Positions 1-10,171 of a stretch of 64,000 nt of DNA are shown here, one piece after another. How positions within the stretch are numbered: the stretch's first letter is position 1; each line of letters opens with the position of its first letter. Source of the stretch: an uncultured virus (IMG/VR IMGVR_UViG_3300032291_002419). Taxonomy: Duplodnaviria > Heunggongvirae > Uroviricota > Caudoviricetes. The notes below the pieces were generated by a model. It was not told the DNA's origin. It did not search any database and worked only from the letters and a program-made list of their open reading frames with translations. Location of the stretch: the IMG/VR virus record IMGVR_UViG_3300032291_002419; one strand, given 5' to 3'. The translations under genes were made by a program, and so were the position numbers.

Positions 1-1
1 A

Positions 2-406
2 AACTTCAAAAGACTCTCTCCAAGCGTACGCAAACGATTGACATTGGAGAATGATGATAAGGCTTCTATGTATTCCGTTAAAGATTTAATGTATATCCAC
101 GAACAAACAGGTATTCCAATTGTATTTGATTATCATCATCATCAATTTTGTACAGGCGGATTAACAGAAGAAGAAGCACTTAAATTAGCAGCAACAACTT
201 GGCCAACAGGTATTACACAAGAAGTACATTATTCAGAATCAAAAGCATTACATGAAAACAATCCAAAAGAAAAACCACAAGCTCATTCAAAATATATCAA
301 TAATTTACCAAATACATATGGGTTAGATATTGATATTATGTTGGAATGTAAAGCAAAAGAGCTTGCGTTATTAGAAGTAAGAAACCTATATGGTATAAAC
401 TATTAA
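2..406 (+). CDS. uvsE: UV damage endonuclease UvsE, C-terminal part (5' truncated by window)
   Basis: Frame open from position 2 (NFKRLSPSVRKRLTLENDD...). Contains LENDD, VFDYHHH, HYSE, AHS and DIMLECKAKE motifs typical of the UvsE TIM barrel. Confidence 0.9.
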   Translation, partial: NFKRLSPSVRKRLTLENDDKASMYSVKDLMYIHEQTGIPIVFDYHHHQFCTGGLTEEEALKLAATTWPTGITQEVHYSESKALHENNPKEKPQAHSKYINNLPNTYGLDIDIMLECKAKELALLEVRNLYGINY

Positions 407-420
407 ATATAATACATAAT

Positions 421-1056
421 ATGAAATTAATCATAAATAAACAATCAAATGGATTACCAAATCCACAATTTACAAAGCATCTAAAAAATAAAGTACCCAA
501 ATCAGAATTAACACAATTTGAATCAGATATACTTAGAGATACGCTATTTGCCGCATTAAATGGTATGGGTGGATTAGGATTATCCGCTAATCAGATAGGT
601 GTAGCCAAACGAGCTTGTGTAATTAAAATCAATGATGAAGAATTATTTTTATTAAATCCATATATAACGGAACGTTCTAATGATGGGTTTTTGTTTTATG
701 AAGGATGTCTTTCTATTCCAGATACAATAAAAAAGCCAATTAGAACCATTCGCTCTAATAAAATTGTCGTAATGACTGATAATTTAGGTGAATTAACATT
801 CGAAATAAATCCAGATAAAGATAGGGAATCCGATAAAGTATCCACCGAAACTATGAAAACGGTTATAGTTCAACATGAAATTGACCATTTAGACGGTATT
901 ACGATTAAGGATAGAATTTATACAAAAACCATTAATAAAAATCAAAAATATGGTAGAAATGATAAGATAATAATGAAATCATCGGATGGTGAACTAATTG
1001 AAGTAAAATACAAAAACTCAAATGAATATTTTTTAAAAGGATACGATGTAGTTTAA
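421..1056 (+). CDS. def: Peptide deformylase (auxiliary metabolic gene)
   Basis: All three PDF motifs present: GLGLSANQIG, EGCLS, QHEIDHLDG. Confidence 0.95.
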   Translation: MKLIINKQSNGLPNPQFTKHLKNKVPKSELTQFESDILRDTLFAALNGMGGLGLSANQIGVAKRACVIKINDEELFLLNPYITERSNDGFLFYEGCLSIPDTIKKPIRTIRSNKIVVMTDNLGELTFEINPDKDRESDKVSTETMKTVIVQHEIDHLDGITIKDRIYTKTINKNQKYGRNDKIIMKSSDGELIEVKYKNSNEYFLKGYDVV

Positions 1057-1057
1057 T

Positions 1058-1294
1058 ATGGAAATTATAATAATATTTTTAATTATATGTGTAGCATTTG
1101 GAATATACGTAATTATAAATCTTCTAAATAAATTAGAAAAAACCGAAGATTATATAGAACAACAAGAAAAAAATATAATAACATTACTGGAGACATTGCG
1201 GGTATTAGATTCTAAGCAAATGTTTGAGAAGGATGATGAAGTGGGTTCTCTATTTGTACAAATAAAGAATATCATTGAAAATTTTAAACAGTAA
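1058..1294 (+). CDS. Small membrane protein, N-terminal TM helix plus coiled coil
   Basis: Hydrophobic N-terminus IIIIFLIICVAFGIYVII; tightly packed in operon. Confidence 0.7.
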   Translation: MEIIIIFLIICVAFGIYVIINLLNKLEKTEDYIEQQEKNIITLLETLRVLDSKQMFEKDDEVGSLFVQIKNIIENFKQ

Positions 1295-1299
1295 TAAAA

Positions 1300-1989
1300 A
1301 TGGCAAGAACGCGAGTAAAACGAATGTATTTTACCAAAGATACAGAAGATGCGATTATAGAATATAATAAAACAGATAATCAACTTATAAAGGATAAAAT
1401 ATATAAAGATAGAATCCAACACTCTTTTGAAAAATTAGCTGAAATAGTATATAACAAATGGAAATTTTCATATTTCGATGATGAGCCGAAAGATGTAATG
1501 CGAGAAGTTATCGCATTTATGATTGAAAAGATTCATATGTATAAAGAAGGAAAAGGAAAAGCATTTTCATACTTTACTATTATAGCAAGAAACTATCTAA
1601 TCCTAAATAACAATTCAAACTACAAACGATATAAAGATACCGATATAATATCATCTTTACCCGATAATTGGGATACGGAAAATAATTGGGAAGAGGAAGC
1701 TCGTAACGATGATTATAAATCATTCAATGATAGAATGTTAGAATATTGGGATGTTCACTTAGAAAACTTTTTTCAAAAAAAACGTGATATACAAATCGCA
1801 GATGCTGTATTAGAACTATTCCGTAGAGCAAATTACATAGAAAGTTTCAATAAAAAATCATTGTATCTACTTATTAGAGAAATGACGGGATATTCTACTC
1901 ATTATATAACAAAAGTTGTCAATAAGATGAAAGAAAGGCAGCTTGAGCTCTATAATGAATTTGATAGAGAGGGTGACATAAAAATTTAA
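1300..1989 (+). CDS. Phage late-transcription sigma factor (T4 gp55-like)
   Basis: Sigma region 2-like segment DVMREVIAFMIEKIHMYKEGKGKAFSYFTIIARNYLI resembles the gp55 'F.YFT.I' region; helical C-terminus; lies upstream of the late structural block. Confidence 0.7.
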   Translation: MARTRVKRMYFTKDTEDAIIEYNKTDNQLIKDKIYKDRIQHSFEKLAEIVYNKWKFSYFDDEPKDVMREVIAFMIEKIHMYKEGKGKAFSYFTIIARNYLILNNNSNYKRYKDTDIISSLPDNWDTENNWEEEARNDDYKSFNDRMLEYWDVHLENFFQKKRDIQIADAVLELFRRANYIESFNKKSLYLLIREMTGYSTHYITKVVNKMKERQLELYNEFDREGDIKI

Positions 1990-2052
1990 AATAACACTAC
2001 TATTGATTTTTAATAAATTTATAATTATATCATATAGTATAACTAATTCAAA

Positions 2053-2457
2053 ATGAGCGCAGAATTTAAATTATTTGATGGTAAAAATCTATCATCTTTA
2101 TTCAAAGATATTTACGATAACCAGCAAGTAAAAAAGAAAAATATTTCGGAGATGATTGAATCACTTCGAAAAATGATAAAAAATGTAGGAGAAGCAACTA
2201 TACTTGCACCGATTATTAGGGATTTGATTGATACATCTGTTAAGAATGATGACCACTTAATTAAACTCGCAACTATTGCACAAAGATTAGCCGCAGCCGA
2301 ATCTAAAGGTATTGGAGAAGATGGGTGGCTTAGTGATAATGAAAAATCACAATTACTCAATGAATTAGAAGATACAATTTCTTCAATTGATAAAAAAAAT
2401 GAAGAAAAGATAGATGATATTCAGTTAGAAATAGAAGATATTAAATCCAAATTATAA
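2053..2457 (+). CDS. Hypothetical helical protein
   Basis: 134-aa ORF with stop/start coupling to the next gene. Confidence 0.75.
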   Translation: MSAEFKLFDGKNLSSLFKDIYDNQQVKKKNISEMIESLRKMIKNVGEATILAPIIRDLIDTSVKNDDHLIKLATIAQRLAAAESKGIGEDGWLSDNEKSQLLNELEDTISSIDKKNEEKIDDIQLEIEDIKSKL

Positions 2458-3689
2458 TGGGCAATATACAATCATATTTGGCAACAGTTGTTACAGTCTA
2501 TCCAATAGATTCGGATTTTCCTGTATATGATAGTAAGGATAACGCCGATTTAATATCCGTTTATAACGATAACAAAGATTTTTCAAAGTCTGATGCCAGA
2601 TTTTATGGAGCAATAAAGTATTCACATGAGAATATGACTACTAAATTATATGCATATCCATTTGATAAGAACAACTTCACAATGCCAATTGAAGGTGAAA
2701 CCGTATTAATATTAAAACTTGATAATGGAGAAGTATTTTGGCTACCATATTCGAGAACTCCATATCCCAATTACAGAAGAGACTACTCGATATTTTCAGC
2801 TAACCAACCAACTAATACAACTTTTCCATCCGATAAGAATAAGGGTGGTATAATATTCCGTAATACAGTAAGTGCAGGTGGAAACACTACACAATCCAAC
2901 ACAAATAATTCTACAATCAAATATAGGATAAATGAACGAATTAAGTTTTTAAAACCGAAGCAAGGTGATACTATTATAAGTGGTAGAGTTGGTAACACTA
3001 TTAGATTCAGCGAATTACATTTAACCGAAGATGGTAAAACCTCATCACCTGCAATATTTATTAGAAACAAACAAAATCCCGAATTAGATTCCAAAGAAAT
3101 TAGTGAATTAGTAGATGAGGATATCAATAAAGATGGAACATCCATTTATATTACATCTAATAAAGTAAAAGTTCCATTTAAAGAAGAAATTAAAAAGGAT
3201 AAAATCGCATTTAAAGAATTCCCAAATTCAAAAGATTTAAGTGGAGACCAATTATTTGTAAATTCCGATAGAGTTGTATTATCATCAAAGGCTAATGAAT
3301 TTATTATTTTTGGAAAAGGAAATACCGGAGTTATTACAGATGGAAATTTTTCAATAGATGCGGAGGAAGATATATATTTACACACCAATAATAATGTAAC
3401 AATACATTCGGCTGGAGCAAATCAAATATTTTTAAACTCAGAAAATGGTAAAATTTATTTAGGTAAAAATGTAAATGAAGGTGGAGCTGGTTCGGATGTT
3501 CAAAAAATGGTATTGGGTGGTGAATTGGTAAAATTGATGGGAGAATTAATAGATGCCATAACTATGCAAGTATATGCAACTTCTGCTGGACCAACACAAG
3601 CTGGCCCTGCTAATATCGCAACATTTAAGAAGATAAAGGGTAAATTAAATACATTATTATCTGCTAAAAATTATTTAAGTAAATCGTAA
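2457..3689 (+). CDS. Baseplate hub/central spike protein (gp5/GpV-like)
   Basis: OB-fold-like PIEGETVLIL, GRVGNTIRFS, C-terminal short beta-repeat region; located upstream of gp25- and gp6-like genes. Confidence 0.6.
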   Translation: MGNIQSYLATVVTVYPIDSDFPVYDSKDNADLISVYNDNKDFSKSDARFYGAIKYSHENMTTKLYAYPFDKNNFTMPIEGETVLILKLDNGEVFWLPYSRTPYPNYRRDYSIFSANQPTNTTFPSDKNKGGIIFRNTVSAGGNTTQSNTNNSTIKYRINERIKFLKPKQGDTIISGRVGNTIRFSELHLTEDGKTSSPAIFIRNKQNPELDSKEISELVDEDINKDGTSIYITSNKVKVPFKEEIKKDKIAFKEFPNSKDLSGDQLFVNSDRVVLSSKANEFIIFGKGNTGVITDGNFSIDAEEDIYLHTNNNVTIHSAGANQIFLNSENGKIYLGKNVNEGGAGSDVQKMVLGGELVKLMGELIDAITMQVYATSAGPTQAGPANIATFKKIKGKLNTLLSAKNYLSKS

Positions 3690-4921
3690 TGTCTTGGACA
3701 ATATTTAAAATAAATGTTTTAAAATCTATGGTAACTTTCCAATTCGGAAAGGATTCCGATTCGTTTGCGGAATTTTATGCAAACGAATATGATAAATGTA
3801 TGAAACGTGGTGGTGATATGATATATGGTGTTCCCGTAATCAATGGAAATGTGGTTGGTATGGCTAATGTCATAAAACGGGCGTTAAAAAAAGGACAGGC
3901 TAGTAACGGTGAGAATTTTAATATACTTCAAGAAATATGTCCGGCTGCATTTGATGCATATTGGTTAGGCGCGGAAATGGCACCACTACCAAACCCACTA
4001 TTAAGGCCATTGGGATGGCAGTCAACTCCACCTGCGCCAAGTACAATTTTGAACATAGGGCCCAATCCCATAACATTAGCCAAATCAATAGTATTAAATG
4101 CGGCCGAAGTTGCTGCTACAAAAATATTAGTAGAGACATTGAAAGAGCAGATAGTAAATATAGTAGGCGTTGGTGATATCAACGTTTACGATACGATACA
4201 GAAAATTTTAAAAAAAGAAAAAATTGATGAAAAGATATCCAAACATCCTGCAATTATAGCAGGTAAATTATTAGTTGAAAAATATAATCAAGCTAAAAAG
4301 AAAAAGCCATCAATCGGTTCTCAATTTAAAAAATCAATAAAGATTCCTTTTCCAGAATTACCAAAAAAGAAAAAAATAATTGAAAAGCTAACTACTAAAT
4401 TATTAGACGAGGCAATGGAACAATTAAAAGAACAACTTATAATTCCAATTGAAGAAATAATATTAGCGCCAATTATATCATATGTTCAAACAGTCGTAGA
4501 AATTTCTAATAATATTCCAAATCCAAAACCAACAAAAGAACAGATAAAACAATATCTTAAAGATACTATAAATGGAGTAATGCCTGAAATTCAATTACCA
4601 AATATTAACATACCAAAAATACCAACAAAAGAGGAATTTCAAAAAATGATAGATGAAAAGATTCCAACAAAAGAGGAATTGATGGCAACTGCATTGGAGT
4701 TGATTACCGGTAAAATACCAAATATACCTAATATACATTTCATACGACCCACATTACAATTTAGTTTTCAAACGAATATACTGATTAATCCGTTTGTAAA
4801 TTTAGCTAAAACTCACTTACTTGGAGTAGGTGGAGTAATGACGGTCATGGCACAATATCCACCACCATCCCCACCTGCACCTGCTATAATAAATTGGAAT
4901 GGATATAAAATCATAGGATAA
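3689..4921 (+). CDS. Putative baseplate-associated structural protein
   Basis: 410-aa ORF coupled to the spike gene; Pro-rich termini and internal K/E/P-rich repeats (IPTKEE). Confidence 0.55.
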   Translation: MSWTIFKINVLKSMVTFQFGKDSDSFAEFYANEYDKCMKRGGDMIYGVPVINGNVVGMANVIKRALKKGQASNGENFNILQEICPAAFDAYWLGAEMAPLPNPLLRPLGWQSTPPAPSTILNIGPNPITLAKSIVLNAAEVAATKILVETLKEQIVNIVGVGDINVYDTIQKILKKEKIDEKISKHPAIIAGKLLVEKYNQAKKKKPSIGSQFKKSIKIPFPELPKKKKIIEKLTTKLLDEAMEQLKEQLIIPIEEIILAPIISYVQTVVEISNNIPNPKPTKEQIKQYLKDTINGVMPEIQLPNINIPKIPTKEEFQKMIDEKIPTKEELMATALELITGKIPNIPNIHFIRPTLQFSFQTNILINPFVNLAKTHLLGVGGVMTVMAQYPPPSPPAPAIINWNGYKIIG

Positions 4922-4961
4922 TTTAATATTTCAATATTTATTACTAAACATATATAACATT

Positions 4962-5456
4962 ATGGATTCAAAATCAATTGTAGGCTTGATTGAAAAAGTC
5001 GTTAGAGGCGAAGTCAAACAGCAAGTTAAAGAAGAATTAGCTAAGTTGATAAAATCGGGCGCCATTACATTAAATTCTCAAAGAAAATCGCCAACTACTT
5101 CTTTGAAGCGGGTATCCGAAGTTGCTACTAAATCGATTAAAAGGCAACCCAACGTATCGGCTAACCGTCCTATCACGAGAGAATATGCAAAAGACCCAAT
5201 GATAAATGAAATTTTGAATATGACACAACCATTCACATCCGACCAAAGAAAAGAATCGGCACAATCAGTTGGTAGTGTATTAGATATGATGCAACCACAA
5301 ATGGAAGTAGATTCGGATGGATGGGAAACTATGGATTATAGAGGCGAAAATGTTCCGACAAATATTCCAAATTTTCAACCAACGGGCGATGCATTGCAAG
5401 ATGCAACTATTAAAGCTCTTACTAGAAACTATTCGGAATTGGTTTCCAGATTTTAA
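4962..5456 (+). CDS. Hypothetical late protein
   Basis: 164-aa ORF preceded by AATATTTATT motif. Confidence 0.7.
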   Translation: MDSKSIVGLIEKVVRGEVKQQVKEELAKLIKSGAITLNSQRKSPTTSLKRVSEVATKSIKRQPNVSANRPITREYAKDPMINEILNMTQPFTSDQRKESAQSVGSVLDMMQPQMEVDSDGWETMDYRGENVPTNIPNFQPTGDALQDATIKALTRNYSELVSRF

Positions 5457-5497
5457 TACATTTATATGTATTATTCAAAATATAAAGGATTTAAATA

Positions 5498-5929
5498 ATG
5501 GCAATAGAACTTGGCAGGGTTAACGTTACCGATTTAACGCAAAATAATTATAAAATACTTGGAATCGGAATCAATAGAAGTTCTGATTCAAATGGAATTT
5601 TTGCTGTAAATTATACAACGTTATCTCAAGCTAAAGATAATTTAAGAAATTTAATATTAACCAAAAAGGGTGAAAGATTGATGCAACCTGAATTTGGATG
5701 TGATATTTGGAAAATTTTATTTGAGCCAATGGATAATATAGAAACTTCAATTGAAAATTCAATTTTAAGTGCAGTTTCGATTTGGTTGCCATATTTGAGT
5801 ATAAACGAAATAATATTTGATTATAATGATAATGATATCGATAATAATCGTATAGCATTAGATATTAAATTTTCATTACAATCGAATCCATCGTTATTGG
5901 AATCGATACAAATAAATGTAGAAAAATAA
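5498..5929 (+). CDS. Baseplate wedge subunit (gp25/GPW-like)
   Basis: NLILTKKGERLMQPEFGCDI and ILSAVSIWLPYL signature of the gp25 family. Confidence 0.9.
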   Translation: MAIELGRVNVTDLTQNNYKILGIGINRSSDSNGIFAVNYTTLSQAKDNLRNLILTKKGERLMQPEFGCDIWKILFEPMDNIETSIENSILSAVSIWLPYLSINEIIFDYNDNDIDNNRIALDIKFSLQSNPSLLESIQINVEK

Positions 5930-5930
5930 A

Positions 5931-7955
5931 ATGGCAATAAATCCTATTAAAAAAACTTTTGGAACTAATAGAACTTTAAATTATGTGGGAAAGGATTTCG
6001 ATTCTTTCAAACAAAATCTTATAGATTATACTAAAACTTATTTTCCTAATACATATTCGGATTTCAATGAATCATCTCCTGGAATGGTATTCATCGAACA
6101 AGCGGCTGCATTAGGTGATGTTTTGGCATTCTATCAAGACACACAGTTAAAAGAATCGATGTTAGCACATGCTACGGAACGTAAAAACGTATTAGCATTG
6201 GCACAATCAATGGGATATAAACCAAAAGTTACATCACCTGCCATAACAACATTGAATGTATATCAATTGATACCTACAAAGGGTGCACCCGACTATGAAC
6301 CAAATGAATTATACTATCTTAAAATAAAAGATGGTATGGAAATCCAATCATCAACTAATAATGAAGTTGTATTTAGAACAATTGATACAGTCGATTTTAG
6401 TAATCCCGTTGATAGAGAAGTTGAAGTATATGAGCGAGATAGTAATGGAACTCCATTGCAATATTTAATCACTAAACGTGTAAAAGCAATATCGGCGAGA
6501 GAATTATCGACTACAATTTCATTTGGTGCATACGATGAATATCCAACGGCTAATTTAAGCGATACTAATATAATCCAAATAACATCAGTCACAGATATCA
6601 ATAATAATGTAAAATATTACGAAGTTCCATATTTGGGACAAGAAAGTATATTTGTAGAACAACCCAATACCGAATCTAATGCTGGGCAATTGAGTATGTC
6701 ATCATCTACCGTTCCATATATTTTAGAAGTTCAAAAAGTTCCACACAGATTTTCAACAAAAATAAATTCGGATGATACTATGACACTACAATTTGGTAGT
6801 GGTGATGTATTGTTAAATGATGAAGTAATTTTGCCAAATTTAAAAAATGTAGGATTAGGATTAGCTAATTCTATTAGTAGATTGAATCAAGGAATTGACC
6901 CATCTAATTTTTTAAAAACAAATACATTTGGAATAGTTCCGGTTAATACTCAGTTACTTATAACTTATTTAGTCGGCGGTGGAATTAGTTCTAATATAAA
7001 TCAAGGAGATTTAACGACAATTAGTAGATTGGAATTTGAAGAAGATTTACTATCATTCAGTAGCGATGCCGAGTTAAATAATTATAATGCTATAAAGGCA
7101 ACAGTAGCAGTTGAGAATTTAGAATCAGCAGTTGGTGGTAGAGGAGTTGAATCGATTGAAGAGATTCGTCAAAACGCATTAGCTATGTTTGGCTCACAAA
7201 ACAGAGCAGTTACCAGACAAGATTATACAGTTAGAGCATTATCTATGCCAGAAAGATATGGTAGTGTTGCAAAAGTATATGTTAGTGCGGATGGAGAGAT
7301 TGATGATAATTCACCCGCATCTATATTAGCATCACCCAAAAATATAGCAGAATTTGTTGGAGTCGTTGAGGGATTGCAAAATAAATCTAAATCGGAGATA
7401 CACACTCAATTAGTTAAATATCTTTCTCAAAAATCTACATCAATTGCCGCATCAAATAATCCGTTTGCAATTAATATGTATGTATTGGGATATGATGTTA
7501 ATAAAAAATTAACTCAAATAAACCAAGCAGTTAAGCAAAATCTAAAAACGTATTTAGCGGAATACAGAATGCTAACCGATAGCGTTAATATTATAGATGG
7601 ATTTATTGTAAATATAGGAGTTGATTTTGAAGTAGTATGCTATTCAAATTATAATAAACGGGAAGTTGTTGCAAATTGTTTAATTGAAATTCAAAATCAT
7701 TTCAATATAGATAATTGGACATTCAATAAACCAATCAATATTTCTGAAATTGAATTAATATTAGCAAATGTAGATGGTGTTATGAGTGTACCATCCGTAA
7801 AAATATACAACCTATGCGGGGGAGATGGAAACTATTCATCAAATGCATATAATATAGAGGAAGCAACTAACGGTAAGATTATATATCCGTCATTAGACCC
7901 TTGTATTTTTGAAGTAAAATATCCAAATAAAAACATAAAAGGACGCTCATTATAA
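5931..7955 (+). CDS. Baseplate wedge protein (gp6/baseplate J-like)
   Basis: KDFDSFKQNL, DFNESSPG, AQSMGYKP, GGRGVESIEEIR and QNRAVTRQDY motifs. Confidence 0.9.
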   Translation: MAINPIKKTFGTNRTLNYVGKDFDSFKQNLIDYTKTYFPNTYSDFNESSPGMVFIEQAAALGDVLAFYQDTQLKESMLAHATERKNVLALAQSMGYKPKVTSPAITTLNVYQLIPTKGAPDYEPNELYYLKIKDGMEIQSSTNNEVVFRTIDTVDFSNPVDREVEVYERDSNGTPLQYLITKRVKAISARELSTTISFGAYDEYPTANLSDTNIIQITSVTDINNNVKYYEVPYLGQESIFVEQPNTESNAGQLSMSSSTVPYILEVQKVPHRFSTKINSDDTMTLQFGSGDVLLNDEVILPNLKNVGLGLANSISRLNQGIDPSNFLKTNTFGIVPVNTQLLITYLVGGGISSNINQGDLTTISRLEFEEDLLSFSSDAELNNYNAIKATVAVENLESAVGGRGVESIEEIRQNALAMFGSQNRAVTRQDYTVRALSMPERYGSVAKVYVSADGEIDDNSPASILASPKNIAEFVGVVEGLQNKSKSEIHTQLVKYLSQKSTSIAASNNPFAINMYVLGYDVNKKLTQINQAVKQNLKTYLAEYRMLTDSVNIIDGFIVNIGVDFEVVCYSNYNKREVVANCLIEIQNHFNIDNWTFNKPINISEIELILANVDGVMSVPSVKIYNLCGGDGNYSSNAYNIEEATNGKIIYPSLDPCIFEVKYPNKNIKGRSL

Positions 7956-7956
7956 T

Positions 7957-9021
7957 ATGCACAAATTTATAACATCCACATACGATGCCAGTATTTACTT
8001 ACAACAGCCAGAGCAAAACGCTGGTAGAGATGAGATATTGGAAGTCGGCAAACTATACTATGGCTCTATAAAAGACATAGCAAGGAGCTTAATTAAATTC
8101 AATATAGATACATTGGAAATACCAAGTGGTTCTAAAATTTATTTAAATCTCAAATCAGCCAATGCCGAAGAAATTCCATTAGAATATACTATATACGCTA
8201 ATGCGGTTTCACAAAGTTGGTCTATGGGAACTGGCACTAAATTTGATAATATAACATCGGATGGAGTGAGCTGGAAATATAGAAACGGAATTGATACTTG
8301 GCAAGATAACACAATAGGGGGTTCAGCTATATTTGCAGCAGGAACGACTGGTTCTGCGAATGCGGAGGGTGGTACATGGTACACTGCATCACAATCATCT
8401 CAATCATATAATTATGAAGAATCGGATATTAGAATGGATGTGACCAACATTATAAATCTATGGAGAAGTGGTTCTATTACAAATAATGGATTTATTATCA
8501 GACATGGATTAAATAATGAAGCAGATACATTGGATTATGGTGTATTGAAATTCTTTTCAAAAGAAACAAATACAATATACGAACCAAAATTAGAAATAGT
8601 ATGGGATGATAGTACATTTGTCACCGGTAGTTTATTACCAACAACAGGTTCAGCGGAAGAAGGATATAAGGTAGTTTTAACTAATTTAAAAACAAAATAC
8701 CCAACGGATTCCACCGTTAAGATACGAGTTAAATGTAGAGATTTGTATCCATTGAAATCATTTGGGACAACATTCGAATACGACCAATCAAAATATTTAC
8801 CAGATGGTTCGGCCTATTATCAATTAGAAGATTATAGAACGGGAGAAATAATATATCCATTTGGAGATTATACTAAATTGAGCTGCGATACTACATCGAA
8901 TTATTTTAATATGAGCTTAAATACATTACCAATTAACAGAGTTTATAAATTAAAAATTAAAATAGTTGAGAATGGGATATCTACTATTATAGATGATAAA
9001 TTAACTTTTGAAATAATATAA
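7957..9021 (+). CDS. Virion structural protein, DNRLRE-like beta-sandwich
   Basis: DASIY, RSLIKF, DVTNIINLW, NNGFII, FFSKETN...PKLEIVWDD pattern; within baseplate block. Confidence 0.6.
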   Translation: MHKFITSTYDASIYLQQPEQNAGRDEILEVGKLYYGSIKDIARSLIKFNIDTLEIPSGSKIYLNLKSANAEEIPLEYTIYANAVSQSWSMGTGTKFDNITSDGVSWKYRNGIDTWQDNTIGGSAIFAAGTTGSANAEGGTWYTASQSSQSYNYEESDIRMDVTNIINLWRSGSITNNGFIIRHGLNNEADTLDYGVLKFFSKETNTIYEPKLEIVWDDSTFVTGSLLPTTGSAEEGYKVVLTNLKTKYPTDSTVKIRVKCRDLYPLKSFGTTFEYDQSKYLPDGSAYYQLEDYRTGEIIYPFGDYTKLSCDTTSNYFNMSLNTLPINRVYKLKIKIVENGISTIIDDKLTFEII

Positions 9022-9022
9022 A

Positions 9023-10165
9023 ATGACTGGATTAGAAGCAATAGCACAAAAATTGGAAGAAAAGCGAAAAACGGACTTAGAATCTATACTAAGTATTTCC
9101 GGCTCACAATCTATTGCTAAAAATCAATACAATGTTACGGTAATAGATGAGAATAATATCGCATCATCTTTACTTTTTAAAGAATTAATTAAGCCGAAGT
9201 ATGATGAGGTTGAGCTCGTAAAAGCCATCGATTTAACCGTAAAAGAGCTTAAACCAAATATACCAACATCAAATTTAGAATTAGTTCCAAAACCATTATA
9301 TGATGAGGTAGTTATTCAAAACGAAGATTTGAGAAATCAAGTTGCAAGTTTGACTTTGGATGTTGATACACTAACTACAACTATAAATGATTTAGAATCA
9401 CAAGTTCAAACTGAAATAAATAATAGGTTGGGAATTGAGCAATCAAACGATGCATTGGTAAATCAGCTAACTACATTAACACAAACTATTGATGACTTCA
9501 CAAGTCAAATACAATCTGCACTTCAAAAATCCGTAGAAGAGGGAATTCTTAGAGCATCTTTACAATCGCAAAATACCGGATTTAAAGCACAGATACAGGC
9601 ATTGATGAAGCAAATTGATTCATTAAATTCAATCATAGAAGGATTGCAATCTCAATTAGGAGCAGTTCAAACGCAACAAGCGATTGTACAAGGAACGCAA
9701 TCGCAAGCTATGGCATCCAGCGCAGACGTACTTAATGATGTGGCAATTGTTAAATTCGAACCAAGAACAGATTTTAATAAACCAATAATTTGGGCAAGAT
9801 TTAGTTCAAAGGGAAATTCTATGTGGAAAAATGGACAATCCATCACAATAACTAATAATGATAAAACTCCAATAAAAGTAGAACTAGTATCAAAGAATCC
9901 AATTAATCCCACAGGACCTGCATTTTATAAAATACCTGAAAGAACTTTTACCGTATCGCCTGGCAGTAGTAAGAATATAGAATTTGAATTAAATTATAAT
10001 GCAACGTTAATGTTTGACTCACGTGATAAAACGCCCGGAGGGAGTAGTAAAAGTGTAGAATATATGGATGGAGAACTCAAAGTAATAATAACGAGAGAAA
10101 ACGGAATTAGTAAAACTAAAACTTACGCAACTGGATTTGGTAAATATCATCCAGATTCATACTAA
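9023..10165 (+). CDS. Coiled-coil structural protein with C-terminal Ig-like region
   Basis: Long Q/L heptad stretch followed by a beta-rich C-terminus. Confidence 0.55.
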   Translation: MTGLEAIAQKLEEKRKTDLESILSISGSQSIAKNQYNVTVIDENNIASSLLFKELIKPKYDEVELVKAIDLTVKELKPNIPTSNLELVPKPLYDEVVIQNEDLRNQVASLTLDVDTLTTTINDLESQVQTEINNRLGIEQSNDALVNQLTTLTQTIDDFTSQIQSALQKSVEEGILRASLQSQNTGFKAQIQALMKQIDSLNSIIEGLQSQLGAVQTQQAIVQGTQSQAMASSADVLNDVAIVKFEPRTDFNKPIIWARFSSKGNSMWKNGQSITITNNDKTPIKVELVSKNPINPTGPAFYKIPERTFTVSPGSSKNIEFELNYNATLMFDSRDKTPGGSSKSVEYMDGELKVIITRENGISKTKTYATGFGKYHPDSY

Positions 10166-10171
10166 TAAATT

